Below are positions 16,675 to 27,308 of a stretch of 64,000 nucleotides of DNA, in pieces. Below the pieces are notes generated by a model. The model did no database searches. It had not been told where the DNA came from and worked only from the letters and a program-made list of their open reading frames with translations. Source of the stretch: Candidatus Fermentibacterota bacterium (GTDB taxonomy: Bacteria > Fermentibacterota > Fermentibacteria > Fermentibacterales > JCC-6); contig CAWJQI010000005.1 in assembly GCA_963845085.1 (NCBI GenBank), forward strand, positions 1 to 64,000, in the 5' to 3' direction. A program made the translations under genes and the position numbers. Numbering within the stretch: position 1 is the first letter of the stretch; each line of letters begins with the position of its first letter.

Positions 16675-18494
16675 TGACCGCAAAGCCACTTAAAAGGAGT
16701 GAGGTTGCCCGCGGGGACAGCTGGGACCTCTCTCCAATGTATTCATCAGACGCGGAATGGACGGAGTGCTTTTCCCGAGCCCTCGACCTTCCCACCGAAG
16801 CCTCGCACTGGAAGGGCAGCCTCGGTGACTCGCCCGAAACACTGGGCAAGGCTCTTTCCTGCGCCATGAATGCATTCCGCACAGTTGAAAAGCTCTACGT
16901 CTACGCACACCTCAGGCAGGACCAGGACCTTTCCGACTCTGCCGCTGTCGAGATGTTCGAAAAGGCTGCCTCGCTCAATTCCAGGCTGATGGCGGAAACC
17001 AGCTACATGGCTCCCGAGATCCTTTCGCTTGACCAGGACCTCGTCGGGGGATGGATCACACATGAAGCAGTGAGCCCGTTCAGGGTCTGGCTCGAGGAGA
17101 TACTCAGGGCGGCGCAACACACACTGAACGCATCCGAGGAGGCCCTGCTGGCACGCGTCTCCGAAATCACCAGGTGCTTCAGCGGAGCCAGCGGCAAGCT
17201 GACGAACGTAGAATTGCCGGCCAGGCTTCCCGAGGTCGACCTGGATGAAGGCGGCACCCTGAAGCTCTCGAACAGCAATTTCATAAGGGTTCTCACCGAG
17301 GGTTCACCCGAACTCAGAAAAAGTGCTTTCACTGGATACTACAACGAGCTTTCCGGCAACACCGCCACCTTGGCGGCCCTTCTTGAAGGGCAGGTGAAGG
17401 CTCACGCATTCCAGGCCACGGCAAGAAACCACGCATCCTCCCTTGAGGCCTCCCTGTTCAATGACAGGGTGAGCAGAAAGGTCTACGACGCACTCATAGC
17501 TTCGGTGCACCGGAACCTCCCCTCACTGCACCGCTACTACCATCTTAAAAAGGGAATCCTCGGGCGTGAACGCCTTCGCATGTGCGACCTCTACGCACCC
17601 ATAGCCGGCGAGTGCAACAGACGGTTCACCTTCCAGGAGGCTGTAGAAATCACGCTCGATGCGCTGGAACCGCTGGGCAAATCATACGTCGACACCCTGT
17701 CCTCAGGCATCGGGAACGGATGGGTTGACCGCTACGAAAACATCGGGAAGCGTTCCGGAGCCTACTCCAGCGGCTGCTACGACAGCCCGCCATACATGCT
17801 TCTCAATTTTACGGGCACGCTCGATTCGGTTTTTACGCTCGCACACGAAGCGGGCCACTCCATGCACAGCTACTACTCCAGGAAGAACAGGCCCTACCAG
17901 GAATCCGATTACCCCATCATTCTGGCAGAGGTGGCGAGCATCACCAACGAGATCCTTCTTTTCGAGCACCTCTCCCGAAAACTTTCAGACGAGGGTGATC
18001 TGGTCCCGATGCTCGACCATCTCGTCAACAGCTTCCGCTCCACCCTCTTCAGACAGGCCATGTTCGCGGAGTTCGAGCTTCTGATCCATGACCACGTCGA
18101 GGACGGCGGGGTCCTGACCGCAGACTTCCTTCGCGACCGCTACTACTCCCTTGTCAAATCCTTCCACGGCGACGCCTTCGCGTGGGATGAGACCGACGGG
18201 CTGATCGGTGCCGAATGGGCACGGGTGCCCCACTTCTACTACAACTTCTACGTCTACAAGTATGCAACCGGCATGGCATCGGCTGTCGCAGCCGGCGAGG
18301 CCGTGCTTGCAGGCGGTGAGAAAAGTGTGGGCAACTACATTTCATTCCTTTCGGGCGGACGCTCAAAACCCCCGCTCGAGCAGCTTCTCGGGATCGGGAT
18401 TGACCTCGAGTCACCCGGACCCGTGAACACGGCAGTAGCGCGGTTTGAAAAGGCTCTTGGAACCCTGGAGGATATCCTTGGCAAAAAAGGATAG
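16674..18494 (+). CDS. pepF: Oligoendopeptidase F (M3B)
   Basis: WDLSPMY, GKRSGAYSSG, TLAHEAGHSMH, AEVASITNE, WARVPHFYYNFYVYKYATG. Confidence 0.95.
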   Translation: MTAKPLKRSEVARGDSWDLSPMYSSDAEWTECFSRALDLPTEASHWKGSLGDSPETLGKALSCAMNAFRTVEKLYVYAHLRQDQDLSDSAAVEMFEKAASLNSRLMAETSYMAPEILSLDQDLVGGWITHEAVSPFRVWLEEILRAAQHTLNASEEALLARVSEITRCFSGASGKLTNVELPARLPEVDLDEGGTLKLSNSNFIRVLTEGSPELRKSAFTGYYNELSGNTATLAALLEGQVKAHAFQATARNHASSLEASLFNDRVSRKVYDALIASVHRNLPSLHRYYHLKKGILGRERLRMCDLYAPIAGECNRRFTFQEAVEITLDALEPLGKSYVDTLSSGIGNGWVDRYENIGKRSGAYSSGCYDSPPYMLLNFTGTLDSVFTLAHEAGHSMHSYYSRKNRPYQESDYPIILAEVASITNEILLFEHLSRKLSDEGDLVPMLDHLVNSFRSTLFRQAMFAEFELLIHDHVEDGGVLTADFLRDRYYSLVKSFHGDAFAWDETDGLIGAEWARVPHFYYNFYVYKYATGMASAVAAGEAVLAGGEKSVGNYISFLSGGRSKPPLEQLLGIGIDLESPGPVNTAVARFEKALGTLEDILGKKG

Positions 18495-20229
18495 CCCGGA
18501 GCACCTCCTCAACCTGTTTCTGAACAACGGTCAGGACCTCATCGCAATCAAGGACACCGCTCTGAGATGCACCGTGGTCAGCCGTTCGTTCGCGGATTTC
18601 TTTGGCTGCGACGACACCTTCGCCTTCCGGGGAAAAACCCTCGGAGAGGTTCTCGGAGACGCCGAGTCAAAGGATGACGAGATAGCCGACCGTCAGGTAA
18701 TTGACAGCATGGAGCCCAGAACCGTCCTGCTTCAGTACAGGTCGGCGGATGGAAGCCTTCACGGCTTTCAGTGCCTCAAAACCCCCCTGTTTCAGGCCGA
18801 CGGCAGCCTCTGGGGCGTTCTCAGCGTTTCGCGCGACACCACGGAGCAGGAACAGAGGCTTAAAAAACTGCAGGAAGACGCCGCAGTCTATGAAGCCGTG
18901 ATCATGAACGCACCCCTCGGGGTCTCGGTGAGGGACTCGTTCGGCAACCTCGTCATGGTGAACACTGCATGGAAGAAGATATGGGCCCTCTCCGACTCAT
19001 CCCTGAAGAAGGACATGCAGAAGACCCGGACCGAACTGGTGTTTGACGAAACGGACAGCTACCTGGGGGGATACAACCAGGAGGTCAGAAAGATCTACAC
19101 CGAGGGCGGCCAGCTCTATATCCCGCAGCTGCGGGTGGCCGAACCGAGGCCCGGGGGCGCTTCCTGGGTCAGCCATCACTTCTACGCCCTTCACAACAGC
19201 GAAGGCCTTGTCGACAAGGTCGTCGTGCTGACCGAAGACCTCACAGAACAGGTCAGGAGCAGAAAAGCGCTCGAGCAGAGCCAGATAAACTACAGGAACC
19301 TCTCGGAGAACGTTCCCGTTGGAATATTCAGCGCGGAATTCCGGGTCGGGGGTCCCATTCTATTCTGCAATCCGGCGTTCAAGCGAATGTTCGCGTTCGC
19401 CGGGCAGGATTCCCCGATCGGAATGCCCATGGATTCATTCGTCGCAGATCCCGAACTGCTATCCGAAACCATTCCCGGCCTTCTCGACAAGGGAAGGGCT
19501 GATGATGTAGAGATCCAGATGCGCCGTGCTGACGGAACCGATTTCTGGGGTTCCCTCACCCTGAGGCTGCACCACACCGACGACGCCGTTGTAATGCAGG
19601 GGGTCATAACCGACATAAGCCACAGGCGGGAATCGCTTGAAAAACTTCACAAGACCGTCATGGGAACCGTTTCGGCCATGGGCCGTCTTGTGGACATGAA
19701 GGATCCGTACACGGCGGGCCATCAGGAAAGGGTGGCGCACCTGGCAACGGCCATCGCCACCGAAGCGGGTCTGAGCCAGGAGCGGATCGAGGGCGTGAAT
19801 ATCGCAGGCAAGCTTCATGACATCGGAAAGATGTGCGTGCCGGCAGAGATACTCACCAAACCCGGAGTTGTATCTCCCGAAGAGATGAGGCTCCTGAAGA
19901 CCCACCCCTCAAGCGGCTACAACATACTCAGGAACATAGAATTCCCCTGGCCGGTGGCCGAATTCGTCCTTCAGCATCACGAACGGCTTGATGGAAGCGG
20001 TTACCCCGCCGGGCTGACAGACAGGCAGATCTGCATCGAGGCAAAGATACTCGCGGTGGCGGATGTTGTTGAGGCGATGGCGACAAGACGACCATACAGG
20101 GCTGGAAAGGGTGTTCACGAAGCCCTTCAGACAGTAACGCTCGGCGCGGGCATCCTCTATGACAGAAAAATGACGGAGATCTGTGTCAATCTCTTCCTGC
20201 AGAAGGACTACAACCTTCCACCGTACTGA
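18478..20229 (+). CDS. Multi-PAS HD-GYP c-di-GMP phosphodiesterase
   Basis: Three PAS-like repeats; KDPYTAGHQERV, LHDIGK, HHERLDGSGYP, RRPYR. TTG start after GGAGGA. Confidence 0.9.
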   Translation: MAKKDSPEHLLNLFLNNGQDLIAIKDTALRCTVVSRSFADFFGCDDTFAFRGKTLGEVLGDAESKDDEIADRQVIDSMEPRTVLLQYRSADGSLHGFQCLKTPLFQADGSLWGVLSVSRDTTEQEQRLKKLQEDAAVYEAVIMNAPLGVSVRDSFGNLVMVNTAWKKIWALSDSSLKKDMQKTRTELVFDETDSYLGGYNQEVRKIYTEGGQLYIPQLRVAEPRPGGASWVSHHFYALHNSEGLVDKVVVLTEDLTEQVRSRKALEQSQINYRNLSENVPVGIFSAEFRVGGPILFCNPAFKRMFAFAGQDSPIGMPMDSFVADPELLSETIPGLLDKGRADDVEIQMRRADGTDFWGSLTLRLHHTDDAVVMQGVITDISHRRESLEKLHKTVMGTVSAMGRLVDMKDPYTAGHQERVAHLATAIATEAGLSQERIEGVNIAGKLHDIGKMCVPAEILTKPGVVSPEEMRLLKTHPSSGYNILRNIEFPWPVAEFVLQHHERLDGSGYPAGLTDRQICIEAKILAVADVVEAMATRRPYRAGKGVHEALQTVTLGAGILYDRKMTEICVNLFLQKDYNLPPY

Positions 20230-20770
20230 GCCCGTGCGACAGCACCCGTAGAAGCATCTCCCGCAACCGGTCGACCGCCACGGCGGTATCAAAGCAATCG
20301 CCGTTCGGACGGCTGTTCAGAACGCCTATCGCGGGGATCGGCAGCGAGTCGATGATGCCCTGACCCAGATCCCTCGGGCACGCCACGGCCACTACAAGGG
20401 CGGGCGCCTTCTCCCTGAGAAGCCTTCTGGCGAGCGTGCCGCCGGTCGTTACCCGGGCCTCGACGCCCATCGAGCCGGACAACTCCACAATCTCACCGAT
20501 GACGCATTTCCCGCAGCGCCGGCAGTTGTCGATGCTGTAGGTAACCCTGTGCGGGCACTCGTGGTGCTGAAGGCAGTGCGGGAGCAGAAGCAGGATCCTG
20601 TCTGCCGGCGCAGTAATGCCCAGCTTCAGTGTTTTTCGCGTCACTGCGGAAACGGCATGCAGCTCGGGCGCTTCCCTCGGAACGAGAGCCAGAGCCTCGA
20701 GCAGCTTGAGAAGAAAAAAGGCTGCCTTCACGCGAAGACAGAACAGGGCGGGAAGAAGCCTGCGCTTCAA
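20186..20770 (-). CDS. DUF116-family protein
   Basis: LLLLPHCLQ, NCRRCGKC, TGGTLAR, AVACPRDL, NSRPNGDCFDT. TTG start overlaps the fmt stop. Confidence 0.85.
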   Translation of the reverse strand: MKRRLLPALFCLRVKAAFFLLKLLEALALVPREAPELHAVSAVTRKTLKLGITAPADRILLLLPHCLQHHECPHRVTYSIDNCRRCGKCVIGEIVELSGSMGVEARVTTGGTLARRLLREKAPALVVAVACPRDLGQGIIDSLPIPAIGVLNSRPNGDCFDTAVAVDRLREMLLRVLSHGLSTVEGCSPSAGRD

Positions 20771-21675
20771 ACGCAACCCTGACTGGTTCTGAGACCGCAA
20801 AGGAATGCGGCGGCATTCATCCTGCGCCCTCCCTCGGGCTGAACCTCGAGCAGTTCGAGCAGACCGGTGCCCGTCGCCACCCGAAGGGAGGTGTTCCCCC
20901 CGCGAATGAACGTGCCAGGAACGCCCGAGCCTTCAACAACACCTGCCCTGTGGACCTTGAGAACCCTGCCGTCGAAATCGGTCCATGCACCGGGAACCGG
21001 GTTGAAGGCGCGCACCACTCTCGCAAGCTCGACCGCCGGCCTGTTCCATTCAAGGTGCGCGTCGCTCCGGCAAATCTTGTCAGCGTATGAGCCGCCGTCC
21101 GCCTGGGGGTTCGGAATCAGTGTCCCCGCCGCGTAGTCGTTCAGGATGCCGGGAGCAGCGCCTGCTGCGAGCAACGAAAGCCGTTTCGAAAGGTCACCCG
21201 CCGTTTCATCGGCCTGGACAGCAGTCCGCAGGGTGTGGATGACGGGTCCGGTGTCCCAGCCTGCATCGGTGAGCATGAAGGAAACCCCTGTTTCAGGAGC
21301 ACCCGAGAGGATGGTGCGAATGACGGGAGCCGCGCCTCGAAAGTCAGGGAGCAGGGAAGGATGCACATTGACTACACCCAGCGGAACCGATTTCAGGAGC
21401 CACCCGGGAAGCCAGGCACCGAAAGCCGCGCTGACCATCATGTCGACCCCGTCGAACACCGGAAGACCGGGGACGAGCTTTTCCGGTTTGCAGAGCGGAA
21501 CGCCAAACCGTTCTGCGCTCTCCGAAACGGGCGTGCAGCATGGTTTCCTGCCCCGTCCGGCCCTGCTGTCCGGCCTCGTTACAGCTGCAAGCACATGGAA
21601 CCCGGGGGTGACACACAACCGCTCAAGGATGGGAACGGCAAAATCGCTTGAACCAAGGAAGATAAGTTTCAGCAA
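20767..21675 (-). CDS. fmt: Methionyl-tRNA formyltransferase
   Basis: IFLGSSDFAV, VTRPDSRAGRG, NVHPSLLPDFRGAAP, DTGP. Confidence 0.95.
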   Translation of the reverse strand: MLKLIFLGSSDFAVPILERLCVTPGFHVLAAVTRPDSRAGRGRKPCCTPVSESAERFGVPLCKPEKLVPGLPVFDGVDMMVSAAFGAWLPGWLLKSVPLGVVNVHPSLLPDFRGAAPVIRTILSGAPETGVSFMLTDAGWDTGPVIHTLRTAVQADETAGDLSKRLSLLAAGAAPGILNDYAAGTLIPNPQADGGSYADKICRSDAHLEWNRPAVELARVVRAFNPVPGAWTDFDGRVLKVHRAGVVEGSGVPGTFIRGGNTSLRVATGTGLLELLEVQPEGGRRMNAAAFLCGLRTSQGCV

Positions 21676-22178
21676 GATTCTTCCCTGAGTTTCTTAAGCC
21701 TGTTGCGCATCATGCGGCGTTTCAGGGGTCCCATCCTGTCCACCAGCAGAATCCCGTCGAGATGATCGTTCTCATGCTGAACAAGGCGGGCGGCCAGCCC
21801 GGTAAGTGAAAGCTCAAAGGGTTCCCAGTTCGAATCGAGAGCCCTGACCACCACTCCCTGGCTCCTGTCGACATCGGCATAGATGCCCGGGAAGCTCAGA
21901 CATCCCTCCTCACCCCTGACGACGGGTCCGCAGAGCTCGATGACAGGGTTGATGAACACGGTGTGCCCCGCCAGCGGCAGGCCGGTTTCCTCGCCCGCGA
22001 TGAAGACCCGAACGGCCTCCCCGACCTGGGGACCGGCGAGACCCAGCCCGTCCTGGGCTGCGAGGATCCTCTTCATGTCCCTGATCAGGATCTTGAGAAG
22101 TTCCCCGTCGGCCGCAGGATCGAGGGGACGGCAATGCTCCCTGAGAACATCCCTGCCGAAAAGAACTATGTCCCTCAT
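21669..22178 (-). CDS. def: Peptide deformylase
   Basis: GLGLAGPQVG, EGCLS, QHENDHLDG. Confidence 0.95.
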   Translation of the reverse strand: MRDIVLFGRDVLREHCRPLDPAADGELLKILIRDMKRILAAQDGLGLAGPQVGEAVRVFIAGEETGLPLAGHTVFINPVIELCGPVVRGEEGCLSFPGIYADVDRSQGVVVRALDSNWEPFELSLTGLAARLVQHENDHLDGILLVDRMGPLKRRMMRNRLKKLREESC

Positions 22179-22558
22179 TTTGTGTCGGGTTCGCCGTTTT
22201 CTGCGGAAGATTCCCTCACGGTCAGCGCGCTCTTGTCAACGTCGACCTTGACGCTTTCGGCGATCCTGATCGTGACGACATTTCCCTTCACGTTGGTAAC
22301 AACACCGTGGATACCGCCCGAAGTGACCACGCCGTCACCCTTCTTCATCGCTTCCCGCATCTCGTTGAGCTTCTTCTGCTGTTTCTGCTGGGGTCTGATG
22401 ATCAGGAAGTAGAAGATCGCCACCATGGCGATGATGGGCAGAAAGCCAGCTATCCCTCCGCCGCCGAGGCATCCGGCAGCCGGGTCCTGGGTCGCGGGCG
22501 CATCCTCGGCAAAAAGGCACAGAACGTGGAAAAGGGGCAGCATTGCGAAAACCTTCAT
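22175..22558 (-). CDS. yajC: Preprotein translocase subunit YajC
   Basis: FYFLIIRPQQKQQK, GDGVVTSGGIHG. Start set at the ATG at 22558. Confidence 0.9.
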   Translation of the reverse strand: MKVFAMLPLFHVLCLFAEDAPATQDPAAGCLGGGGIAGFLPIIAMVAIFYFLIIRPQQKQQKKLNEMREAMKKGDGVVTSGGIHGVVTNVKGNVVTIRIAESVKVDVDKSALTVRESSAENGEPDTK

Positions 22559-22574
22559 GTTCTTGTCTCCCGAT

Positions 22575-23453
22575 CTAGTTGTTCCCACCGCCGGCAACCT
22601 TGCCGGGCCTGATGCCCAGAACGGCTCCGACGGCACCGGTTGCGCCGCCAAGAAGCACAACCGTCCAAAAAAGCCCCGGGGGCAGGAACGAATGGCCGAC
22701 GGCCCCCTGAAGCATCATGCTGAGAAAAGCTGAGAGCAGGAGCCCTCCAAGTGCTCCGGCCAGTCCGGTAATCGTTCCCTCGACCAGGAACGGAGCGACG
22801 ATGAACCAGTCCGGAGCACCCACAATACTCATGATCTCGACCGTAAGGGATCTTCTTAAAACGGAGAGCCTGACGGTATAGGCGACAACAAGTGCGATGC
22901 TGATCGCGAGGACGGTTCCGAGGAAGACGAGGAGTTTTCTGAAAGCAGAGACCGTTCGGGTCAGTCCCGGCAGGTACTCCTCTCCGTAAACGGCCTCGGA
23001 TACGCCCTCCAGGCCCTGGATAGCAGCAGCGAGAGACCTCACGCCCTCCTCGTGATCCCATCCCGGCTCAAGTGAGACCTGTATTGAGGCCGGCAGCCTG
23101 AACTGCCCCGAGAGGAGGTCGAGGAGCCTCTCCTGCTCGGGCATTTCCGCGCGGAAGAGGGCTTCGGCCTCGAAGACGGAGACATAGTAGACCGACCGCA
23201 CTCCGTTCATGCCGGTGATGAGGTCGGCAAGGCTCCTCCCCTCCGCCTCGCTCAGCTCGGGGGCAAGGAATGCTTCAATTCTCACCGACTGCAGCTCCCT
23301 TTGAAGCAGCTTCTCAAGGTTCCAGCTCACAAGAAGGAACGTGTCGAACACAACGAATGCGAGGCTGACCATTACGAGAGTGAGCGCCCGGGCTCCCGGC
23401 TTCTGCCCGAGGTGGTTCAGAGTCTCCCGGCCGAGGGCTTTCCAGAGGCTCAA
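22575..23453 (-). CDS. ftsX: Cell division permease FtsX
   Basis: TVRLSV...VEIMSIVGAPDWFIVAPFLVEG; downstream of ftsE. Confidence 0.85.
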   Translation of the reverse strand: MSLWKALGRETLNHLGQKPGARALTLVMVSLAFVVFDTFLLVSWNLEKLLQRELQSVRIEAFLAPELSEAEGRSLADLITGMNGVRSVYYVSVFEAEALFRAEMPEQERLLDLLSGQFRLPASIQVSLEPGWDHEEGVRSLAAAIQGLEGVSEAVYGEEYLPGLTRTVSAFRKLLVFLGTVLAISIALVVAYTVRLSVLRRSLTVEIMSIVGAPDWFIVAPFLVEGTITGLAGALGGLLLSAFLSMMLQGAVGHSFLPPGLFWTVVLLGGATGAVGAVLGIRPGKVAGGGNN

Positions 23454-24136
23454 TGCGCCTCCTCCAGGTCCTGCCAGCTGCCTGCATCGGCAAGCTTTCC
23501 ACCGTCGAGGAAGAGGAAACGCGCGCTTCCGGGCGGGATCCTTCTGGGATCATGGGTGGCCATGACAACCGCAGTGCCTCCCCTGTTTATGTCTATCAGC
23601 TGCTGGATCACCTTCGCAGATGCTTCCGGGTCAAGATTGCCCGTCGGCTCGTCGGCAAGGAGTATCTCAGGATGGGCCACCATCGCTCTTGCTATGGCCA
23701 CCCGTTGCTGCTCTCCACCCGACAGCTGATGGGGAAGCGAATTCCGTCTGTGGCTAAGCCCCATGAGGGCAAGCAGGCTGAATACCCGCTTTCTCGTGGC
23801 CCGCGAGGACGAGCCGGAAACCACGAGAGGAAGGGCTACGTTGTCGAAAACGGTCCTGTCGGGAAGCAGGCGGAAATCCTGAAAGACTATTCCGATCTTC
23901 CTTCTGAGCTGGGCGAAATGCTTCCTCTTCATCATGTCGCTGCGGAAACCGGCAACCTCGACTGTTCCACGGTCGGGCATGTCGCCCATCCAGATAAGTC
24001 TCAGCAGAGTTGTCTTGCCCGCACCGCTCGGGCCGGAAACAACAACGAACTCTCCGTTGGCCACCTGCAGGCTGACCTGGTCAAGCGCCGGCCAGCGACC
24101 GTAGCTTCGGGAGGCCCCCTCTATCGCTATCAGCAT
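23450..24136 (-). CDS. ftsE: Cell division ATPase FtsE
   Basis: GPSGAGKTTL, IGIVFQDFRLL, LSGGEQQRV, ADEPTGNLDP. Confidence 0.9.
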   Translation of the reverse strand: MLIAIEGASRSYGRWPALDQVSLQVANGEFVVVSGPSGAGKTTLLRLIWMGDMPDRGTVEVAGFRSDMMKRKHFAQLRRKIGIVFQDFRLLPDRTVFDNVALPLVVSGSSSRATRKRVFSLLALMGLSHRRNSLPHQLSGGEQQRVAIARAMVAHPEILLADEPTGNLDPEASAKVIQQLIDINRGGTAVVMATHDPRRIPPGSARFLFLDGGKLADAGSWQDLEEAH

Positions 24137-24396
24137 TCGACGTCGCCATCGAGGACGGAATAAAGCCTGGCCCTGTCGGCCCTCGAAACGCTTTTCGACT
24201 GGGGCACCTCGTTTACGGAGATGGTGATGATTCCACCATCGGGCCTTGCAAGCGATACAACGGAACCAGGCCCGATACGGGAGGCGCTCTTTGCAGCCCG
24301 GCCGTTTATTGTTACGGCACCCGCGTCACACGCTTTTTCAGCAATTGAGCGTGTTTTTACAAGACCTGACAGCTTGAGGAAAAGGTCGATCCTCAT
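24130..24396 (-). CDS. S4-domain RNA-binding protein (Hsp15/RqcP-like)
   Basis: MRIDLFLKLSGLVKTRSIA...VTINGRAAKSA. Confidence 0.85.
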   Translation of the reverse strand: MRIDLFLKLSGLVKTRSIAEKACDAGAVTINGRAAKSASRIGPGSVVSLARPDGGIITISVNEVPQSKSVSRADRARLYSVLDGDVEC

Positions 24397-25655
24397 TCCA
24401 GCCCCGGGTAAAAGACAGGGATCCGGGTTTTCAGTGAATCTATGGTTTCATCGAAAACCTGCTGCCACATGTACGATCCCACAACGGATTCGATGTCTTC
24501 GGGCGCATAGCCTGAAAAGTCGGGGGTCTGGTCTTCCGTGAGGCGGAACAAAGCCACTGCCGATCCGCGCTCGATCATGAGAGGGCGTGAAATCTCACCC
24601 GGAAGAAGCTCGGAGACGACGTCGGAAAGGCTCTGATCCCAGCCGGCGAGGAACACGGTGCCCAGACTCCCGCCGGTGAATCTTGTCTCGGGGTCAAGGC
24701 TGTATGTGGCCACGGCTTCCGAAAACCCGATCTCGCCGCGCCCAATCGATGCAAGTATTTCTTCGGCTGTGTCGGTGACCCTCTGCAGGTCTTCCTGCCG
24801 CACTTCGACCAGTCTGAGAATGTGGCTGGCGCGAAGCCTGTCCCCGTCCCGTTCATTGAGCATCACAAGATGCACTCCGAACGGCGTCACGAATGGACCC
24901 GCCATCTCGCCGGGCTCGAGATCCCTCACCCTGGCCTCGAACGCAGGTGTCATGTCGCCAGGGCCGAACCAGTCAAGATCTCCGCCCGTCCTCGCGGAAC
25001 CGTCCTGAGAGTACTCCATGGCCATTACGTCGAAGGTTGTCTCGCCGGACTCAATCCGGTTCCTTACCTGGGTGAGAAGAAGCTCGGCATCGGCTGTGTT
25101 CCCGGGAAGGACGGGAAGGTAGATCCATTCCAGATTGGCAAGGCCCATCAGGGAGCGGAAATCTTCGACATGTTCGTTCAGAAACGCGACCGGATCGGAG
25201 GGGGTCGAGATGCCGGCCGAACCGCCCATGCCCCGAACATAGTTTTCAGCAGCCATGCGATCGGCAAGTGTGTTCACAAGCACGTCGCGGTAAGAAAGCA
25301 GGCTCATGCCCGACTCGGAGAGTGCCTGCATGAAGGCGGTTTCACTGGGAAACTCGGCCCTTCTTTCCTCGAGATAAACGTCAACCCGCTCGTTCACCTC
25401 GGCCGGGGTGGGGTAAAGCCCCTCCCTCCTGGCGGCCTCGACCAAAAGCTTTTCCTCCACGAGCTCGGAGAGGGCGGCATCGTAAACCGGGTTACCGTGG
25501 ATCATACCGCGGGCCACCGGGTCCTCTATCCCTGATTCGAGAAGAAGGCTCACAACATCGCTGTGCAGGATGGGAATCGATCCCACCACCGCGGAGATGC
25601 CGTCGATCACGACCGGTTCCGCAAGAAGCGTCAGAAGCATGAATGGAAGCATCAA
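24393..25655 (-). CDS. SurA-like chaperone/parvulin PPIase
   Basis: IDGISAVVGSIPILHSDV N-domain; YSQDGSARTGGDLDWFGPGDMTPAFE; TPFGVHLV; second parvulin domain. Confidence 0.8.
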   Translation of the reverse strand: MMLPFMLLTLLAEPVVIDGISAVVGSIPILHSDVVSLLLESGIEDPVARGMIHGNPVYDAALSELVEEKLLVEAARREGLYPTPAEVNERVDVYLEERRAEFPSETAFMQALSESGMSLLSYRDVLVNTLADRMAAENYVRGMGGSAGISTPSDPVAFLNEHVEDFRSLMGLANLEWIYLPVLPGNTADAELLLTQVRNRIESGETTFDVMAMEYSQDGSARTGGDLDWFGPGDMTPAFEARVRDLEPGEMAGPFVTPFGVHLVMLNERDGDRLRASHILRLVEVRQEDLQRVTDTAEEILASIGRGEIGFSEAVATYSLDPETRFTGGSLGTVFLAGWDQSLSDVVSELLPGEISRPLMIERGSAVALFRLTEDQTPDFSGYAPEDIESVVGSYMWQQVFDETIDSLKTRIPVFYPGLE

Positions 25656-26470
25656 GGGATCACCTCGCAGTCATATCTCCGGGAAGCGGCGGCAGCAACG
25701 CTGTCAACCGCCGCCAGAAATCTCTGGTTGTACAGGTGGCCACGGACTGCGGCCATCACCCTGGTAGTGTCCTCGAGGGCGCGGGTCTCGGTCACCATCA
25801 GAATGTGCCAGCCGTCGGCCGTATGAAAGACGGGACCAAGCCCCTCGAGCGCGGCTGCCTCGGCGGGCAGGCCGGAAAGCATCAACTCGCCGCCGGTCAC
25901 GAAGCCGAGGTCGCCTCCGACAACGGCTTTCTGGCTCAGCGAAAGCCTCTGAGCCGTGAGTTGAAATGCGGCGCCCCTCGAAAGCACGCCGTGCACCGAA
26001 TCTGCGGTGGCGCTGTCGGCCAGAAGGATGTGGAAACAATGCCTTTCGAGCAGGTAGTCTTCGGGGTGCTGCCGCATGAAGGCCAGAGCCTCCTGATCGG
26101 TCGGATCGTCAAGCGAGGAGGCAATGTGTTCGAGAAGGGTGTCTCGAAGGTAGACCTGTCTTGCGCGGCGCTGCAAAAGCCCGCTCATGGCAGGGTTCTC
26201 AAGCCCCTCGTCGATGGCCGACCTGGCAAGAAGCTCATCACGGTACCAGTTCCGTGCGTCTTCATCATCGAGGTTTAAAAGGGCCATGTCCTCTCGGTAC
26301 AACACCGCGTCGTCCACCCTGGCAGCCACCACGCCCCTTTCGACCCCACCGGCATCGGTCGACGGCACGCCGCGAAGGGCAGTGCCGAGAACCGGAACAA
26401 CGACAAGCAGGGTCAGCCCGAGAAAAAGCCCTGCCGCGGCAAGGATCACCCACGTGGGAAACCTGTTCAT
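25652..26470 (-). CDS. Membrane-anchored parvulin-type PPIase
   Basis: VAARVDDAVL, FHILL, GGDLGFV, GWHILMV. Confidence 0.75.
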   Translation of the reverse strand: MNRFPTWVILAAAGLFLGLTLLVVVPVLGTALRGVPSTDAGGVERGVVAARVDDAVLYREDMALLNLDDEDARNWYRDELLARSAIDEGLENPAMSGLLQRRARQVYLRDTLLEHIASSLDDPTDQEALAFMRQHPEDYLLERHCFHILLADSATADSVHGVLSRGAAFQLTAQRLSLSQKAVVGGDLGFVTGGELMLSGLPAEAAALEGLGPVFHTADGWHILMVTETRALEDTTRVMAAVRGHLYNQRFLAAVDSVAAAASRRYDCEVIP

Positions 26471-26480
26471 GAAGACCCTT

Positions 26481-27290
26481 CTAAAGCCTCTCGAGCAGTC
26501 TCTGAGGGTAGGTTGTCACGCTGTGGCCCTCACGCAGCGAGGCCAGAAGGTCCATTACAGCAGTCTCCTGGCGCGTCGCGAGAAGCTCTTCGCCCGCGAT
26601 CTCCAAAAGCTGTGCGGATGGCGGGGGGGTTGCAAGGTTCCTGACCTCGATCAGCTGGATGATGTGAAATCCGGCCGTAGTCTCGACTATTTCGGAAACC
26701 TGGCCCGGCTCGAGCGAGCAGACCGCCTCCATGAAAGTGGCGGACGTCATGCCCCGCTGGATCCAGCCAAGCTCTCCCCCATCCTGCGCGCTCGGGCAGG
26801 AAGAAAAGTTCACAGCAAGCGATTCGAATGATTCGCCCCCGGAAAGCCTGGAGAGAACGCTTGCGGCAAGCACCCTGCTGTCGAGGAGTATGTGCCTGAC
26901 ATGGTATTCCCGGGCGTAGCTGTCGCGCCAGATGTCGAGGTAGTTCTCAACCTCGAGGCGGGAGACCTCAACATCAGCAAGGGCGTCGCCGATGTACGCC
27001 TCGATGAGGACCTGGTCAACCGCGGCCTGTATGGCCTTTTCGACATCGGGGCGGCTGCTGATGCCAGACGTGCGCGCGGCCGCGACAACAAGCCTTTCAC
27101 GCACCCAGGATTCCAGGATCTGGGAGGCTGCGGATTCGCTTGTTATTCCCATGTAGGTGAGGGCCTCGATACCACCGGCCTGTTCCAGCAGGTCCTCCCA
27201 GGTCAGGACATCCTGGTCCACCTGGGCAAGGACGTCGGCGGAAAGGACGGAAGCGCAGCAGAGAATCGCGAGCAGTAACAATGCTTTCAT
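26481..27290 (-). CDS. Parvulin-type (PpiC/PrsA-like) PPIase
   Basis: HVRHILL, FSSCPSAQDGGELGW, GFHIIQL. Confidence 0.85.
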   Translation of the reverse strand: MKALLLLAILCCASVLSADVLAQVDQDVLTWEDLLEQAGGIEALTYMGITSESAASQILESWVRERLVVAAARTSGISSRPDVEKAIQAAVDQVLIEAYIGDALADVEVSRLEVENYLDIWRDSYAREYHVRHILLDSRVLAASVLSRLSGGESFESLAVNFSSCPSAQDGGELGWIQRGMTSATFMEAVCSLEPGQVSEIVETTAGFHIIQLIEVRNLATPPPSAQLLEIAGEELLATRQETAVMDLLASLREGHSVTTYPQRLLERL

Positions 27291-27308
27291 TGGTGCTTCC
27301 CCATTCTT